From positions 1,116,001 through 1,180,000 of the forward strand of contig CP145417.1 of NCBI GenBank assembly GCA_036867785.1: a stretch of 64,000 bases of DNA, given 5' to 3'. The notes under the pieces are model-generated. The model had not been told where the DNA came from, made no database searches, and was given only the letters and a program-made list of their open reading frames with translations. Both the position numbers and the translations under genes were made by a program. Positions 34,615 through 47,471 of the stretch are shown piece after piece (within the stretch, counting starts at the first letter, position 1; every line of letters begins with the position of its first letter). The DNA comes from Plasmodiophora brassicae (taxonomy: Eukaryota).

Positions 34615-37600
34615 AAGGATCACCTCCTGATATGGATCGACGATCTGCTGGGGTTCGCCAAGACCGAAGACGACCTTCTGCACCAACTCGCACGTGTCTG
34701 AGCGCAACTTGAAGTTCAATCCGGACAAATGTGTTCTATTCGCACGAGAGCTGAGATGGTGCGGACGAATATACTCCCGCGATGGAATTCGACACGATCC
34801 GGAACGAGTTGAGGCGCTGACCAGCATGCCGCGCCCTAATACGTTCAAGGAACTGCAGCAATTCACCTGGGCGGCCAACTGGATGCGTACCAGCGTCCCC
34901 GGCTATGCGCACATCATCGCCCCGCTCCAGGAGTTGACCGATAAGGCGAACCAGGAGCTGAAGAGAATCCAGTCCTCGTCACCTTCGTCGATTCGGTTAG
35001 ATGATCTTGGGTGGACGGACCGGCACAGCAAGGCCTTTGAGGACATACGCTTTGCACTGATCCAGCACGTCCAGCTTGCGTGTCCGAAGTCTGATCACCA
35101 GACATGCTTGTTCACGGACGCCAGTGACCTGGCATGGGCCGCGGTCGTTACCCAGATTCCGATGGAGGATATCGACCTACCAGTTCATGAACAACGACAC
35201 GAACCACTCGCTTTCTACGGCAAGCGGTTCTCTGGAGCCGAGTTGCGATGGTCAACACCGGAGAAGGAGGCAGCCGCCATCATCAACGCGACTGAACGTG
35301 GTGACTTCCTTCTGCAGACGTCACGCGAATTCCTCATGTTCTGCGACACCGGAACCTCACGTTCATCTTCGCGAAGGACGCTGAGATGAAGAAGCACACG
35401 GCGCAGAAAATCGAGCGCTAGGCGCTGCATCTGCAAGGGTTTAACTACCGTACTAAGGAGATCTCCGGTACTGTCAACGTCTGGGCCGACCTGTTATCTC
35501 GTTGGGGCGCAGGACGAATTGCACTAACGTGCCGGGCGGCGCGCATCTTGCAGATGGACGATCTTCGCGTAACACCGATGACGCATCGCGATTTCCAATG
35601 GCCGACCGAGACCGAAATTCGCGAATCGCAAAGGTAACTGTCGCGTGAGGAGAAGATCGACGACGGCGTGTTCTTCGATGATCACACCCGTTTGTGGAAG
35701 TCGAAAACGAACGCCGTTCTGATTCCGATTCACAACGACTTCACCAGCTTGCGCCTACGCATCATGATCATTGTTCATTGTGCCAGTGCTGCTCATCGCG
35801 CGTACGACGTTACCAAGGAGGCAATCACAACGCGATTCGCTTGGCCGGGCATGGACAAGCACTGGACCGAATTTGGATGCATTGGAGATGCGTTTATGCG
35901 TGCATCGTGAATGTATCGGACAGCGTTACTTTGCGGATACAATGTGTTGTATCTGCGCTGCATCTGCCGATACATTTCATATGCGTCAGAATGTAACGGC
36001 AATGCACGGAAACCGATATGTTGAAGATACATCGGCCCCAAAAATGTATCTTAAACGCAACCGTACAGGTACATTGAAGATGCATGGCCATCTGAAATGT
36101 ACCTGCAATGCAACTGGTCAGGTTACGTTCCCGATACACCGGCGTCATAGAATGTATCTTCAATACATATCAATTTCTCCGAAATATATGCTCGCTAGGT
36201 TGGAAAAATGGCTTAAAACATGAATAGTTGCACCGAAATAATTCGTTGTATTCAACTATTGGTCACCAAGGGTCGGGAATGTCAGACACGAGCCGGAATC
36301 GGTCATCCATTATAGGGAACCGCAGCTTTCGTGTCACGTCCTGCAACAGGACGGCGTTGAAAGTCGCCATGTCAGCGGATACTTGATCAAACGAGCGCCC
36401 ATCCCGGAACACGTCGTGGTCGGCGTCGATGCCGGTGTTGTCGATGGCATCCTTGAAACTGCCCAGGAAATCCATCAATAGGGACTTGGCCCGACAATGG
36501 CCTTCTTCACAACCTTGACTTTTCTGGAAGAGGAACTGTCAGAAATTCCCAAAGTGCGCCTTCTCTTGTTAATTTGGTTGTGTATAACTGCAAGCGTGGC
36601 CAAATCAGAAGAAATATCTCAGATCCGTCACAAGCAACGCCACATACTGTTGCCGGTCTTCCTTTCGGGGAATTGTGCGGCGATATATCCTTTGCTATGA
36701 ACTTCTCTCGCACTAGCCAGGAAATTGCAGCCCTGCGAATTTCCGTCCTTTAGGAATTTGGGACTGCGTCCTTCAGGTTGCCATCGGCCACCGTACTAAT
36801 TAACGTGAATCAATCCATTAGAAAGGCAGCATGACAAAATACCTTTCCGTCAGGCTGACGCACACATCCCGTAGCTGGCCGCGTTCTGACTCCACTTTCT
36901 GCCTCTTGGAGTTGCCGAGGTACGGCACAAGCAGTGTCGGTTCAAGAGGAACGGGGTCTTTGCGTTTGAAACACTCGACGGTTGCACCATCTTTCCGGGT
37001 ATAGGCGTGGCCACTCCATTGCGATCCCTGGCCTGAAACGGATTCATCTAGGGGAGTCTCACTGTCTCCTATTTCCAAGGACGGGCCACGGCCACCGTTA
37101 ACGGTGGCCCGTCCTTGGAATTAGGAGGTTGCCATTCAATTCAAGCTGGCGGTCCGGTACACGCCGACTTACCGGTATCGATGGCGGCTTCACGATCGGC
37201 AGGGCCGTGGATGGACGACGGTTGCGCGTCAGCGGCGCCATGTCACTTGGGCGATTTGAACTGAGCGCCCCACCAAGTCCCCGCAATCCGTGGCGGACTC
37301 CGCGCCGCTTTACTTTAGGGCCTGCTTCATATAAGGCGACGTGATGAGTTTTTTGGCCGCCTCAGGTCGACCGGTTAAAAAACGATTCTCCAGTGTGCCT
37401 TGTGCGGCCACCGGATCCGTCGTCGTCATTGGGCACGCGATGACCTCGGTGAGTCACGGCTGTATGGCTTGTGGTCGTGAGCCGCGTAGCCACGATTTCG
37501 GCAACCGACATGCGACATATACCAGGCCCTTGTCGCCTCCTCCATCCTCTGAACGCCACGTCCGCCGCCGTCTGTTGTCGTCGAGTTCGGACGTCCCCTG

Positions 37601-38490
37601 CTCGTCTGAGGCCATCAGCCCATGCCCAATCGCAGCTATGGCCACCAGCAGGCGATATACATGGGGCGCAACCTCTACAAAGAAAGTTGGGCACACCATC
37701 TAGATGATGACCCTCTCGGACGAAAGTGCGAGTCGTGGTTCAAAGAGTGTCTGAGGAGACGATCACCAGACTTTGGCCGACGTTTCGACAAGGTCATCCA
37801 AGGTACTTTTAAATTGAATCGAGGCGGCAATTAGGCGTTAACTACGCTTCTGGCGAATGCTCTGTAGGGGCCAAATTAAAAACAGACGAAGAGACGCTCG
37901 AACGTATGATATCGAGCAGGTACCATGCTTAGATGGATGAGTATCATAGTGGGCTGATCATTCATTGCCAATGCAGATTGAAGTCGCGTACGTGCGGTCG
38001 TCCTTACAATGACAAACCCGGATGGAAGGTACCCGTTGACGTCGCGAGCGCCGATAAGTCGAACAAGAAAATGTCAGCTACAGCGACGATTGTTGAATCC
38101 GTTCTGGGTAAAATCCGTTGGTGTACATGTATGTTCGTAGAGTCTTCACAGTTACGTGACCTGAATATCTTCGTCATAGGGAACGGCGATAAACCAGAAA
38201 TTGCTTTCATCGTCGGTCGTGGAAGGCGCATGATTACATCCAACGGCTCGGGGACTTTGGCGTCGCTGTGTTTCATTCTGTGATCCGTCGCTACCTCGAC
38301 AGCAAGGCTACAAGACAATGGTAGAACGCGATGTTCGAATTCCTGTAGGCAGCGAACGAGGTACTTTCAAAGTTTTCACGTCAATACCTCCCGGCGATTA
38401 GTCTGCGATTTCGTCAGTCGCTGGCGAAACTAGAGATGCTGTCTCCTATCCTGCTGATGACGATTTCGGTACGATGCATGTGCCGTTGAC

Positions 38491-39719
38491 TTGTTCCGTC
38501 TTTGGGCTAAGTATCGTGAATTTAAGGTCCATTCCCTGGTTCATGTTCCGGATATCGCCGAGTTCTTTGGCCCGATGTCCGAATTCGTGTGGACGTTTCC
38601 CATTGAAAGATGGATGAAACTTATGAAAGCCCTATGCACATCCACACGGGGTCAATCTGCCAACATCGTTGCCAACTATCAGCTGTTGTCAGCTGCCGTC
38701 AGGCTCAGGTAAATGCACGTCACGTGCATGCAGTTATCGTCCTCTTATGTTCACGTGCTGCGGTTTAGGTGCGACTACAGTGCTGAATATGCTTGCAACA
38801 AGGGCGATCCCTTGCTGTTTGGACAGTCTCGGTACTCGCGAATGGATCCGGCTGCCAACGACATGGTGGTGGTATTCGTCAACGGTTCACGAAAGCGGGA
38901 GCGCATCTCTGACGATCTTCGGTGCTGGCTCCACCATCACTTTGTAAAGAAGGATTGGGCGTCCGTCAACGATCATCCTTGGGTGATGCACTTCCTCGAA
39001 GGATGCGGGTCGTTTGCCGATGCAGCCAACGCCTCAATCAGCAACTACGACGAAATTTCCCGTGCACTGGGCCAGTTCGATACGTTCTGTCGTGGCCGGT
39101 TCGGGACCCACCTGGTTCCCGATGAGGCCACCATTTACCAGAGCGTCCAGATGGGTATGTGAATCAGACCTACATAGCATGGTTATTCTCTGACATTATG
39201 TTGAACTCACAGGGCATGTGACCTCGAAAGCTCGAAACGAGAACACAACCACTGACAACAACTACGTCGCTGTTGCAGATCATCAGGGCAACATGTACCT
39301 TGGCGACATTGGCCGACTGTTGCGCATCGAAATGCCACGTCTTGTCGATGAAACCCATCTATCCCTGACACAGTTGACGCTGGGTTTATTTCAATGCACA
39401 AGGTTGGCGCGTATTTAATTCGTGTGTTCGACCTGTATATCTCTAATGTTGTTTTAGCTGGTTTGACATGATTCCGTATCCGACATCCGGCAACATTCCC
39501 CGGTACGTTAACCTGCAGAAGGACCGACGTACCCTTGGCGTTTCGGATAGCCCGCTGTTCCCAATCGAGCACGTCATACCGGCCAATGTGGTGTTGGTGC
39601 CTAGCGCTCTGCCAAGAGACCCACGTCGCAGATTGCGAGTCCCTATTCACCTGGTGTGCTTGCTTTCCAGGGCGAATACCACGGCTGCTGGCATCGTGAC
39701 AACATCAAGACGTTGTTGA
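38491..39719 (+). pseudogene. C-terminal half of the CACTA C transposase, spliced
   Basis: KVHSLVHVP...FGPMSEFVWTFPIERW; HPW; SPLFPIEHVIPANVVLVP; catalytic N-terminal half not seen. Confidence 0.8.
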
Positions 39720-42135
39720 ACGTATTGCTGCTGCTCATGTGAACAAACCTGTCGTAATACACTGTTGGCCGTCGGTGAACGAAGCGATGTCCTGCTGGAC
39801 TTCTTGAATCCAAACCACTAAACCCCTTGGCGTGGTTGGGCCTGTAACCTACGGGGGGTTGCGCCCACTGGGGTTGGCACTGGGAGGAGGTTGAGCTACG
39901 TTGGTTACGGTTTTCGCGCCAACCAACGACGCCGCAGCCCCCGCCGCGCGCGCTTGCAAGTCAATCTCAAATCTGTCGTCTTGCGATCGCATCGATCTGC
40001 TATACCCTTCATCATGCTGAGGGGGTGGTGCAGAATCGAGGCATTTACAGACGTCAGGCTTGAGGACCGTCACTCGGCGGGCACCATGAGTGTCAGCTGT
40101 TGGCGGTGCGGTGCGCTCCGATGGGCTTGCGAACGGGAATCCATCTGCTGCCATAAGGGCAAAGTGGATGCGAACGCCGTTCCGCACCCTGAGGTCCACC
40201 CGCGTTTTAAAGGTCTTTTTAGCGGTCGCAACCAGCAGTCACTTAGGTTTCTAGAGAGTATTAGGGCATATAATGCGGCGTTCGCGTTTACAAGCCTGGG
40301 CACGCCGGGCCTGGACACAAACCTGGCCAGCATGCGCGATGGCGTGTACACGTTCCGCGTCAACGGCCTGCTGTACCACCGGATCGGTCCCGTGCAAGCG
40401 TTCGACGGCCAGCAGCCCAGGTTCGCTCAGATCTATTTTATGGATCCCGACGCGCAGACCGATCGCCGCGCCGCCATCTTCTCCGACCTCGATCGCGAAA
40501 CGCTTCGTATCGTCCACGAGACGATGCAGGCCGACCACGCCCTGGCTAGACAGTTTCGATCGTCGCGCGAGATCGCATCGGATCGCGACGTCGCCAACTT
40601 GCGGGTTGTCATCAGTGGGCAGGTTCCCAACGGCGAGCACGCCAGGCGGTACAATGCCCCGATGGCCCCCGAAGTTGCTGCCGTCGTCATCGAGGCTGAC
40701 AGCGCAGAGGCATGCCGGGGCCGCGACATCGTTCTTCGGGTGCGAGATGGCGGCTTGCAATATATTAAGGAGACGCATCCAGCATATGATGCGCTGTCGT
40801 ACCCGATCCTGTTTCCTCGGGGACAGATGGGATGGTCCATTGCGTTAAAACACCGCCTAGGTATGTACTGTTCGTCGGCGTCACATCGCTTGCCCTGATT
40901 ACCGTGTGAACAGGCGTTACGTTAAAATCATACATCCAGTTCATGATCCAGAAGCGCGTCGACGTCGACAATGTCCTGTTCCGCAGCGGCAAGCTGTTCC
41001 AGCAGTATATCGTCGATCAGTACCTGCGCGTGGAGAACGACAACCTGTTCTACCTCCGGACGCATCAGGACGACTTGCGGGCGTCGACCTACGACGTCAT
41101 ACACCGGGACGAGCTCAGCGGCGACCGCATTGGACGGCGTATTATCCTGCCGTCCAGTCATGTCGGGTCGCCCAGGTACATGTACACCAAGTTCCAGGAC
41201 AGCATGGCCCTGGTGCGCAAGTTTGGTAAGCCCGATCTGTTTATCACCATGACATGCAACCCGAAGTGAGCAGCTCCTTCCGCATCAGACCGCCCAAGAC
41301 CGCCCCGACATCGTCGCTCGCGTCTTCCACATCAAGTTGCAAGCGCTCATGAATGATTTGACCAAGAAGAAGGTGTTCGGCAAGTCATTGGCGCACGTGT
41401 ACACGATCGAGTTCCAGAAGCGGGGGTTGCCACATGCCCACATCCTGATCTGGCTCGAGATGAGGACCGACGACGTCGACCTGGTCGATTCGCTGGTATG
41501 CGCGGAACTCCCTGACCCAGACCGGCAGCCACTTCTGTACGACTTGGTCAAGTCGCACATGATGCACGGCCCTTGCGGGTCGGATAACCCCAATTCGCCC
41601 TGCATGGAGGACGGCGCCTGTTCGAAGCACTACCCGATGGCGCTTAGAGAAAGTACGGATCTAGACGAAGTGTCGGGGCACGCTCTGTATCGCCGACGTA
41701 TGCAAGGGCGGACAGTTCTGAAGCGTACGCGACGTGGTGCCATCGTCGAGCTCGACAACAGATGGGTGGTTCCCTATAACCCGTACCTTCTTGGTAAGTA
41801 TAACTGTCACATCAACGTCGAGATTTGCAGTTCATCCAAGTCGGTCAAATACCTGCACAAGTACGTGTTTAAGGGCCCCGATCGCGGCGTCATCGAACAA
41901 GTGCAAGACGGCCCCGCACCAGCCGTTGACGAGATCCAGGAATACAAGGAGGGAAGGTCTGCATGCTGTGCATGAGTAATCACTGATGGGCTCTGACATC
42001 GCGCTGGTGAACGTCAGATACATTGCCGCTCAGGAAGCCTGTTGGCGAATCTTTGAGTTCGAAACGAACTCGAAGAGCCACAGCATCTGCCATCTACCGG
42101 TGCACCTGCCCGACAAGCAGAGCGTCATATTTGAG

Positions 42136-45100
42136 TGTTCATCCAGAGTACCAGTACTCAGATGATGCTGCTCAGATGCTGCTGCCACCCGGTCACATGA
42201 TCATGACCGTACTCGACCCCGCAGCGGCCCTTGCTGTGACGATCCTGTCCAAATACATCAGTTCGTTATATCACCAGGCGCCGACTCTTGCGACCGACCG
42301 CCCCCGTAGTGGGCAGCGGCGGCGTTAGCACAGAAGCTTCTTGCGCAAAGAGCCCCAAGCAAACGAACTCACTTAATGGCAGGAGGTGGCCGCAGAGCGC
42401 CCGTTCGTCTACAGATGGAGGACGACGCCAGGACCAACTCCGACGCCGAGGCCAAGGAGCATGAATCGTCGACAGATGACGAAATCGATCGAGGGCTTCA
42501 GTCAACAAACCTGCACGGTAAGAGCCCGATCTTTATGCCTTTGAAACCGCCCATCCTACGTACCCTGAGCCTTACGGCCAAGGACGGAATTAACGATTTC
42601 CTCAAGAAATATAGGAAACACGTCGAGATCGTTAACGAGCGCCGACTGATCTACAAGGAGGATATTCATCCGCCAACGGTGAAGTCATGCATTACCGAGG
42701 ACGTCCTCAGAGGGATGTCGAAATATCGCCTACGTCAACCCGCCAGCACGATCACGGATGGCGACATCATGAGCTACTTGAGGTCAGTCCAACGCAGGGA
42801 GGCTGATGTCGAGAGTTCGACAGACATCAAGGCGCTTCTCACGAAGACAGTGGTCATGAACCTGTCAATCAAGAGTATTGAGGAACGTGTCACGTCTTTC
42901 TTCGCCAAGTTCGATGAGCTAATCGACGACTATGGGCTACAAGACACATACGCCAAAGGAACGAAAGGAACCAAGCGCAAGATCAAGGTATTACGCGGAG
43001 GTATCCGTCCCACTGACCTTGCGGTTCTAGTCGAACGCGCGATCGAGTTCGGAGGGTGCAGGGACGCTGAGAAGGACGAGCTCAAATTCTTCGACCTCGT
43101 CGACCGTCTTGCCAAAGAGCAGGACAAACACTTCCGGCTGCAAGCTGAGAAGAAGAAGTCTCCAGCGCAGACCATGTCCCCACCTGCAGGTAAGAAAGGT
43201 AAGGACGTTGTTGCTCCGAATAGGAATGGCGGCAAGCATCCGACAAATCCGATCGGACTGAAGACAGCTCAATCGTCCACATCGCAAACGAAAGACGAAT
43301 CGAGGGACATCCCCGAGCACATCCGAAAACGTTTCGAAGGTAAGGATCCTCCAAAGGCAGGTTGCCTAATCTGCAAGGAGCAGCACTGGGTCCAAGTGTG
43401 CCCGAAGGCAACTCAAGGAGAACGCAAAGCTGCCATTGAAAAGTTCCAGAAAGAGCGCAAAGAGAAGGAGGAGAGTAAGGGCAACGCAGACACGGCAAAG
43501 CGCATGGGCCCGCCGTCGCCGTCAACACCGTCCCCTATGAGACTTCGCTTCCAGAACTCGCTCGACCTTCCATTCGAAGCCGATAGTGGTGCGACGAAGA
43601 CCGTCATTTCGCAATCGCAACTGCTACGGATTCAAGCCATCCAGCATGTCCCAGTCAAAGTGTTCGACCATCCAACGGAGGCGAAACTTGCAACGATCGG
43701 GGCTACGACAACAATTGTCGCCACAGCGATCGTGGACATCACCATTGTCCCACCTTCGCATGGCAAACCTGCACATCTACGCGGGCGGGAAATCAACGTA
43801 TGTCGCGAAGACCTATCTGATGACATTGTCCTTTTAGGAGCCCCGGAACTGGACGCGTTGGGTATCAATCCAGCTACACAACTGAAGGAGATGTTAATCG
43901 AGGCAAATGGTCCTATCATCATCGAAGCGGATCCGACCCCGGAACGTCACGCCCCAGGTGGTCAAGGGATCACGATGAGAGCGGTAAGACACCCGGAGGT
44001 AAGTGGAACAACTCGCGATCATGAGCCCCAATTGGACACCAATGATCCGGGTGACGACTATGATGTCGAAATCGGAGAACACTCCGATACAGACGTGGAC
44101 AGGGCAATAGACCGGATGATACAACGTGCAACTGACTCCGGTTTCCCTAACGATCAAGTCCCGCGTCTACGCACAACTGTCAATCGACACAAAGACATAT
44201 GGCGAACGAAGCTTGGCCGTGATCCACCTGCGAAAGTAAGTCCACTGAAACTACACTTCAAAGCAGATGCTCGTCCTGTTCGTTGCCGAACACGAAGGTA
44301 TACCCTCGAACATCAAAAATTCATGGATGATCACGTAGGAACCTTGGCGGAAAACGATTTTGTGTACCGCAATCCGCACAGCAGGTACGCGTCGCCGTGT
44401 CTGGTCGTCGACAAGAAGGACACGGAGGTTCGCGGCCATCGGCTGACCGTCGACATCAATGAAGCCGTCAACAAACAGACCGAACGCATTGCATGGCCGA
44501 TGCCTCACATCGACATCATCCTGACCTACCTACGTTCCGCGACCATCTTCATGCTGTTCGATGCCTTTAAAGGCTATTGGCAATTTCCGTTGCACCCTGA
44601 TTCGCAGGAGGCCTGCTCGTTCATGACGCACATCGCCACGTTTACACCCAGGCGCATCATCCAGGGAATCGCTGATTGCGTGTTTGCGTTCCAGGCGGGA
44701 ATGCAACAGGTGTTGGGGAAACTTCTATATATCTGCGCCCTACTCTGGATCGACGATATCCTCGGCTACGTATCTGGATTCGGAGCCTACATGGACACAC
44801 TCGAATCTCTTCTCAACGCTTTCGACGAGTTTGGAGTTAAACTCAACCCTGATCGCTGCCAGTTATATCTCACTTCAGTGACATGGTGCGGTCGCGTTAT
44901 ATCCGCTGATGGAGTGTCGTTCGATCGCTCGTATCTCAACGCCTTGCACGATCTATCAACTCCTATCACGGCTGCTGATCTCCAACAGTTCCTCTCGGGC
45001 CTCAATTGGGTCCGTTCTGTTATCCCTCAATTCGCGGCACATGTTCATCCGCTACAGGATCTACTTCTGTCCGCTTCTCGTTCTGTCAGCAGTCTGAAGA

Positions 45101-47471
45101 AATCACACCTACGTCGAGTTCGTTTAGCCGACATCGGCTGGACCACTGACCATCTCACCAGTTTCAATTCTCTGAAGCATCGACTATCGGAGGCCATGAC
45201 GCTGGCGCACCCCAAGGACGAATGGATCATGTGTCTCTTTCCGGATGCGAGTGACCGTTTCTGGTCTGTTTTCCTGTCGCAGATCCCTCCGGAAGATATT
45301 GATCTCCCGTACGGTGAGCAACACCACGAACCTTTGTCGTTCATCTCGGGGACATTCCGTGGTTCTCAATTGAAGTGGGCGACCATTGAGAAGGAGGCCT
45401 ACGCCATCATTGAAGGCTGCTATCGCCTCAGACACTTCATCTCTATGTCAAAGCTGGCACTTCGAATCTTCACAGACCACCGTAATTTGGTTTTCATTCT
45501 GAACCCAGCCTCGGTTGCACGAATTAGTCGGACGACCGGCGATCGCTTGGAGCGCTGGCGACTTCAGATTATCGACCTAGATTTTCACATTGAGCACATT
45601 GCTGGGGAGGACAACGTTTGGGCCGACCTCGCCACGCGGTGGGGCGTCGCCCTGCAACCACTCTCCTCATTTTCCCCTCCATCGTTCCGTTCTATTCGTC
45701 ATATGGCAATTAATCTTGACTTCGACGATTACAAGATGACCGATGAGTTTATCTGGCCGTCTGTCGACGAGATTAGTAACGCTCAGACCGACTACATTCG
45801 CCAACACGACCTATCTGCCGTTTCCGATATTCTCCAACTCGAAGGGGACATGTCTCTCCACCTTAGCCCGGAATCTGGTTGGCGTACTCCAGACAATCAA
45901 CTCTGGGTACCATCACATGCACTGCAGCTACGCATCGCAGTGATTTCACATATGGGACTGTCTGGTCATCAACCTGCTGCATCGACTATTTCGAGCATCG
46001 CACAACTCTTCTGGTGGCCTGATCTGGATTCCTTTGTTCGTGCATTTGTGGACAAATGCTTACACTGCCTACGCAACAAAGATTCGATGATTCCCCGACC
46101 TTTTGGCACGGCTATGCATGCGGACAAGCCCAATAAGGTCATCCACTATGACTTTCTGTTCTTATCCAAACCTCGTCCAGGCGATTCTCATCAACTTCGT
46201 TATGTTCTGGTTCTGAAGGACGACGCCACGGCATTCGTCGAGTTAATTCCTTGTCAATTCGCGGATCACAGCGTTGTCGCCGAATCTCTTCTGGATTGGT
46301 TCAAACGTTTCGGCATTGTTTTCCAACATGTCTCTGACCGCGGCACACACTTCAAAAACGCGGTTATCGCCGAGCTTAATAGCCGGTTACACTGCAACCA
46401 TCATTTCACAACTGCCTACACACCTTGGGCGAACGGCACGGTTGAGGTTGTCAACAAGCGGCTTCTCTTTCTGCTGAAGTCCCTCCTCTCCGAGCTAAAT
46501 CTTCCATTCCAGGATTGGCCGTATGTCCTTCCGCTGATCAACATGACGGTAAATCACACTGTTCGATCAAGTGTGGGCTACGCGCCTGTCACGATGTTTA
46601 CGGGTTTGCCACCCTCGACACCTATCTCGATTATCTTCAACAAACGCATCGACGCGGTTATCGACGTACCGTTGACCCCTGACCGTCTCAAGGAAATGAC
46701 GACGGAACTTATCGATTCTCTCGAGGACATGCACAAAGCAGTGGCACGTACACGCACCCATCTACGTGATCTCAAGCAACGCGCCCGGCGTCGCCGACGC
46801 AATGTTCGCGAGATCAACTTCACGACGGGCGACTATGTTCTCGTGGCCAACCATGGCAAGCACTCCAAGTCCGAGTACAACTGGACTGGACCTGCCCAGA
46901 TTATCGACACCAGCAACGACTGGGTGTATCGAGTTCGAGATCTCTTGACTGATCGTATCTCAGATGTACACGCCCAGCGCTTAATGTTCTATGCAGATGC
47001 GCACTTGAATGTCACCTCTTCCCTGAAGCACAACATCGCGCTCACCGGCGTGGCTTACCAAGTCAACGCAGTCGAGGACATTCGAGTCAACTCTACGTCA
47101 GGTGACACTGAACTACTGATCAACTGGATCGGATTCGATGCCACCGACAATTCATGGGAACCTTACTCGGTCATGGCGGCCGATGTTCCTGATATCGTCA
47201 GGGCCTTCCTCGAACGACAAGCCGAAGGAGACCCGCTCTGCTCACGACTGTTAGCAGATTTCTAACACGGGGAGTGTTCATCCAGAGTACCAGTACTCAG
47301 ATGATGCTGCTCAGATGCTGCTGCCACCCGGTCACATGATCATGACCGTACTCGACCCCGCAGCGGCCCTTGCTGTGACGATCCTGTCCAAATACATCAG
47401 TTCGTTATATCACCAGGCGCCGACTCTTGCGACCGACCGCCCCCGTAGTGGGCAGCGGCGGCGTTAGCACA
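42136..47471 (+). mobile_element. Full-length young Ty3/Gypsy with chromodomain
   Basis: 197-bp LTRs 42136-42332 and 47275-47471 look identical; TSD TTGAG; single intact ORF. Confidence 0.97.
42376..47265 (+). CDS. Gag-Pol polyprotein, 1629 aa
   Basis: CLICKEQHWVQVC, ADSGA, LWIDD, FPDASD, IHYDF/SDRGTHF/VEVVN, GPA, LINWIGF...SWEP. Confidence 0.96.
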   Translation: MAGGGRRAPVRLQMEDDARTNSDAEAKEHESSTDDEIDRGLQSTNLHGKSPIFMPLKPPILRTLSLTAKDGINDFLKKYRKHVEIVNERRLIYKEDIHPPTVKSCITEDVLRGMSKYRLRQPASTITDGDIMSYLRSVQRREADVESSTDIKALLTKTVVMNLSIKSIEERVTSFFAKFDELIDDYGLQDTYAKGTKGTKRKIKVLRGGIRPTDLAVLVERAIEFGGCRDAEKDELKFFDLVDRLAKEQDKHFRLQAEKKKSPAQTMSPPAGKKGKDVVAPNRNGGKHPTNPIGLKTAQSSTSQTKDESRDIPEHIRKRFEGKDPPKAGCLICKEQHWVQVCPKATQGERKAAIEKFQKERKEKEESKGNADTAKRMGPPSPSTPSPMRLRFQNSLDLPFEADSGATKTVISQSQLLRIQAIQHVPVKVFDHPTEAKLATIGATTTIVATAIVDITIVPPSHGKPAHLRGREINVCREDLSDDIVLLGAPELDALGINPATQLKEMLIEANGPIIIEADPTPERHAPGGQGITMRAVRHPEVSGTTRDHEPQLDTNDPGDDYDVEIGEHSDTDVDRAIDRMIQRATDSGFPNDQVPRLRTTVNRHKDIWRTKLGRDPPAKVSPLKLHFKADARPVRCRTRRYTLEHQKFMDDHVGTLAENDFVYRNPHSRYASPCLVVDKKDTEVRGHRLTVDINEAVNKQTERIAWPMPHIDIILTYLRSATIFMLFDAFKGYWQFPLHPDSQEACSFMTHIATFTPRRIIQGIADCVFAFQAGMQQVLGKLLYICALLWIDDILGYVSGFGAYMDTLESLLNAFDEFGVKLNPDRCQLYLTSVTWCGRVISADGVSFDRSYLNALHDLSTPITAADLQQFLSGLNWVRSVIPQFAAHVHPLQDLLLSASRSVSSLKKSHLRRVRLADIGWTTDHLTSFNSLKHRLSEAMTLAHPKDEWIMCLFPDASDRFWSVFLSQIPPEDIDLPYGEQHHEPLSFISGTFRGSQLKWATIEKEAYAIIEGCYRLRHFISMSKLALRIFTDHRNLVFILNPASVARISRTTGDRLERWRLQIIDLDFHIEHIAGEDNVWADLATRWGVALQPLSSFSPPSFRSIRHMAINLDFDDYKMTDEFIWPSVDEISNAQTDYIRQHDLSAVSDILQLEGDMSLHLSPESGWRTPDNQLWVPSHALQLRIAVISHMGLSGHQPAASTISSIAQLFWWPDLDSFVRAFVDKCLHCLRNKDSMIPRPFGTAMHADKPNKVIHYDFLFLSKPRPGDSHQLRYVLVLKDDATAFVELIPCQFADHSVVAESLLDWFKRFGIVFQHVSDRGTHFKNAVIAELNSRLHCNHHFTTAYTPWANGTVEVVNKRLLFLLKSLLSELNLPFQDWPYVLPLINMTVNHTVRSSVGYAPVTMFTGLPPSTPISIIFNKRIDAVIDVPLTPDRLKEMTTELIDSLEDMHKAVARTRTHLRDLKQRARRRRRNVREINFTTGDYVLVANHGKHSKSEYNWTGPAQIIDTSNDWVYRVRDLLTDRISDVHAQRLMFYADAHLNVTSSLKHNIALTGVAYQVNAVEDIRVNSTSGDTELLINWIGFDATDNSWEPYSVMAADVPDIVRAFLERQAEGDPLCSRLLADF

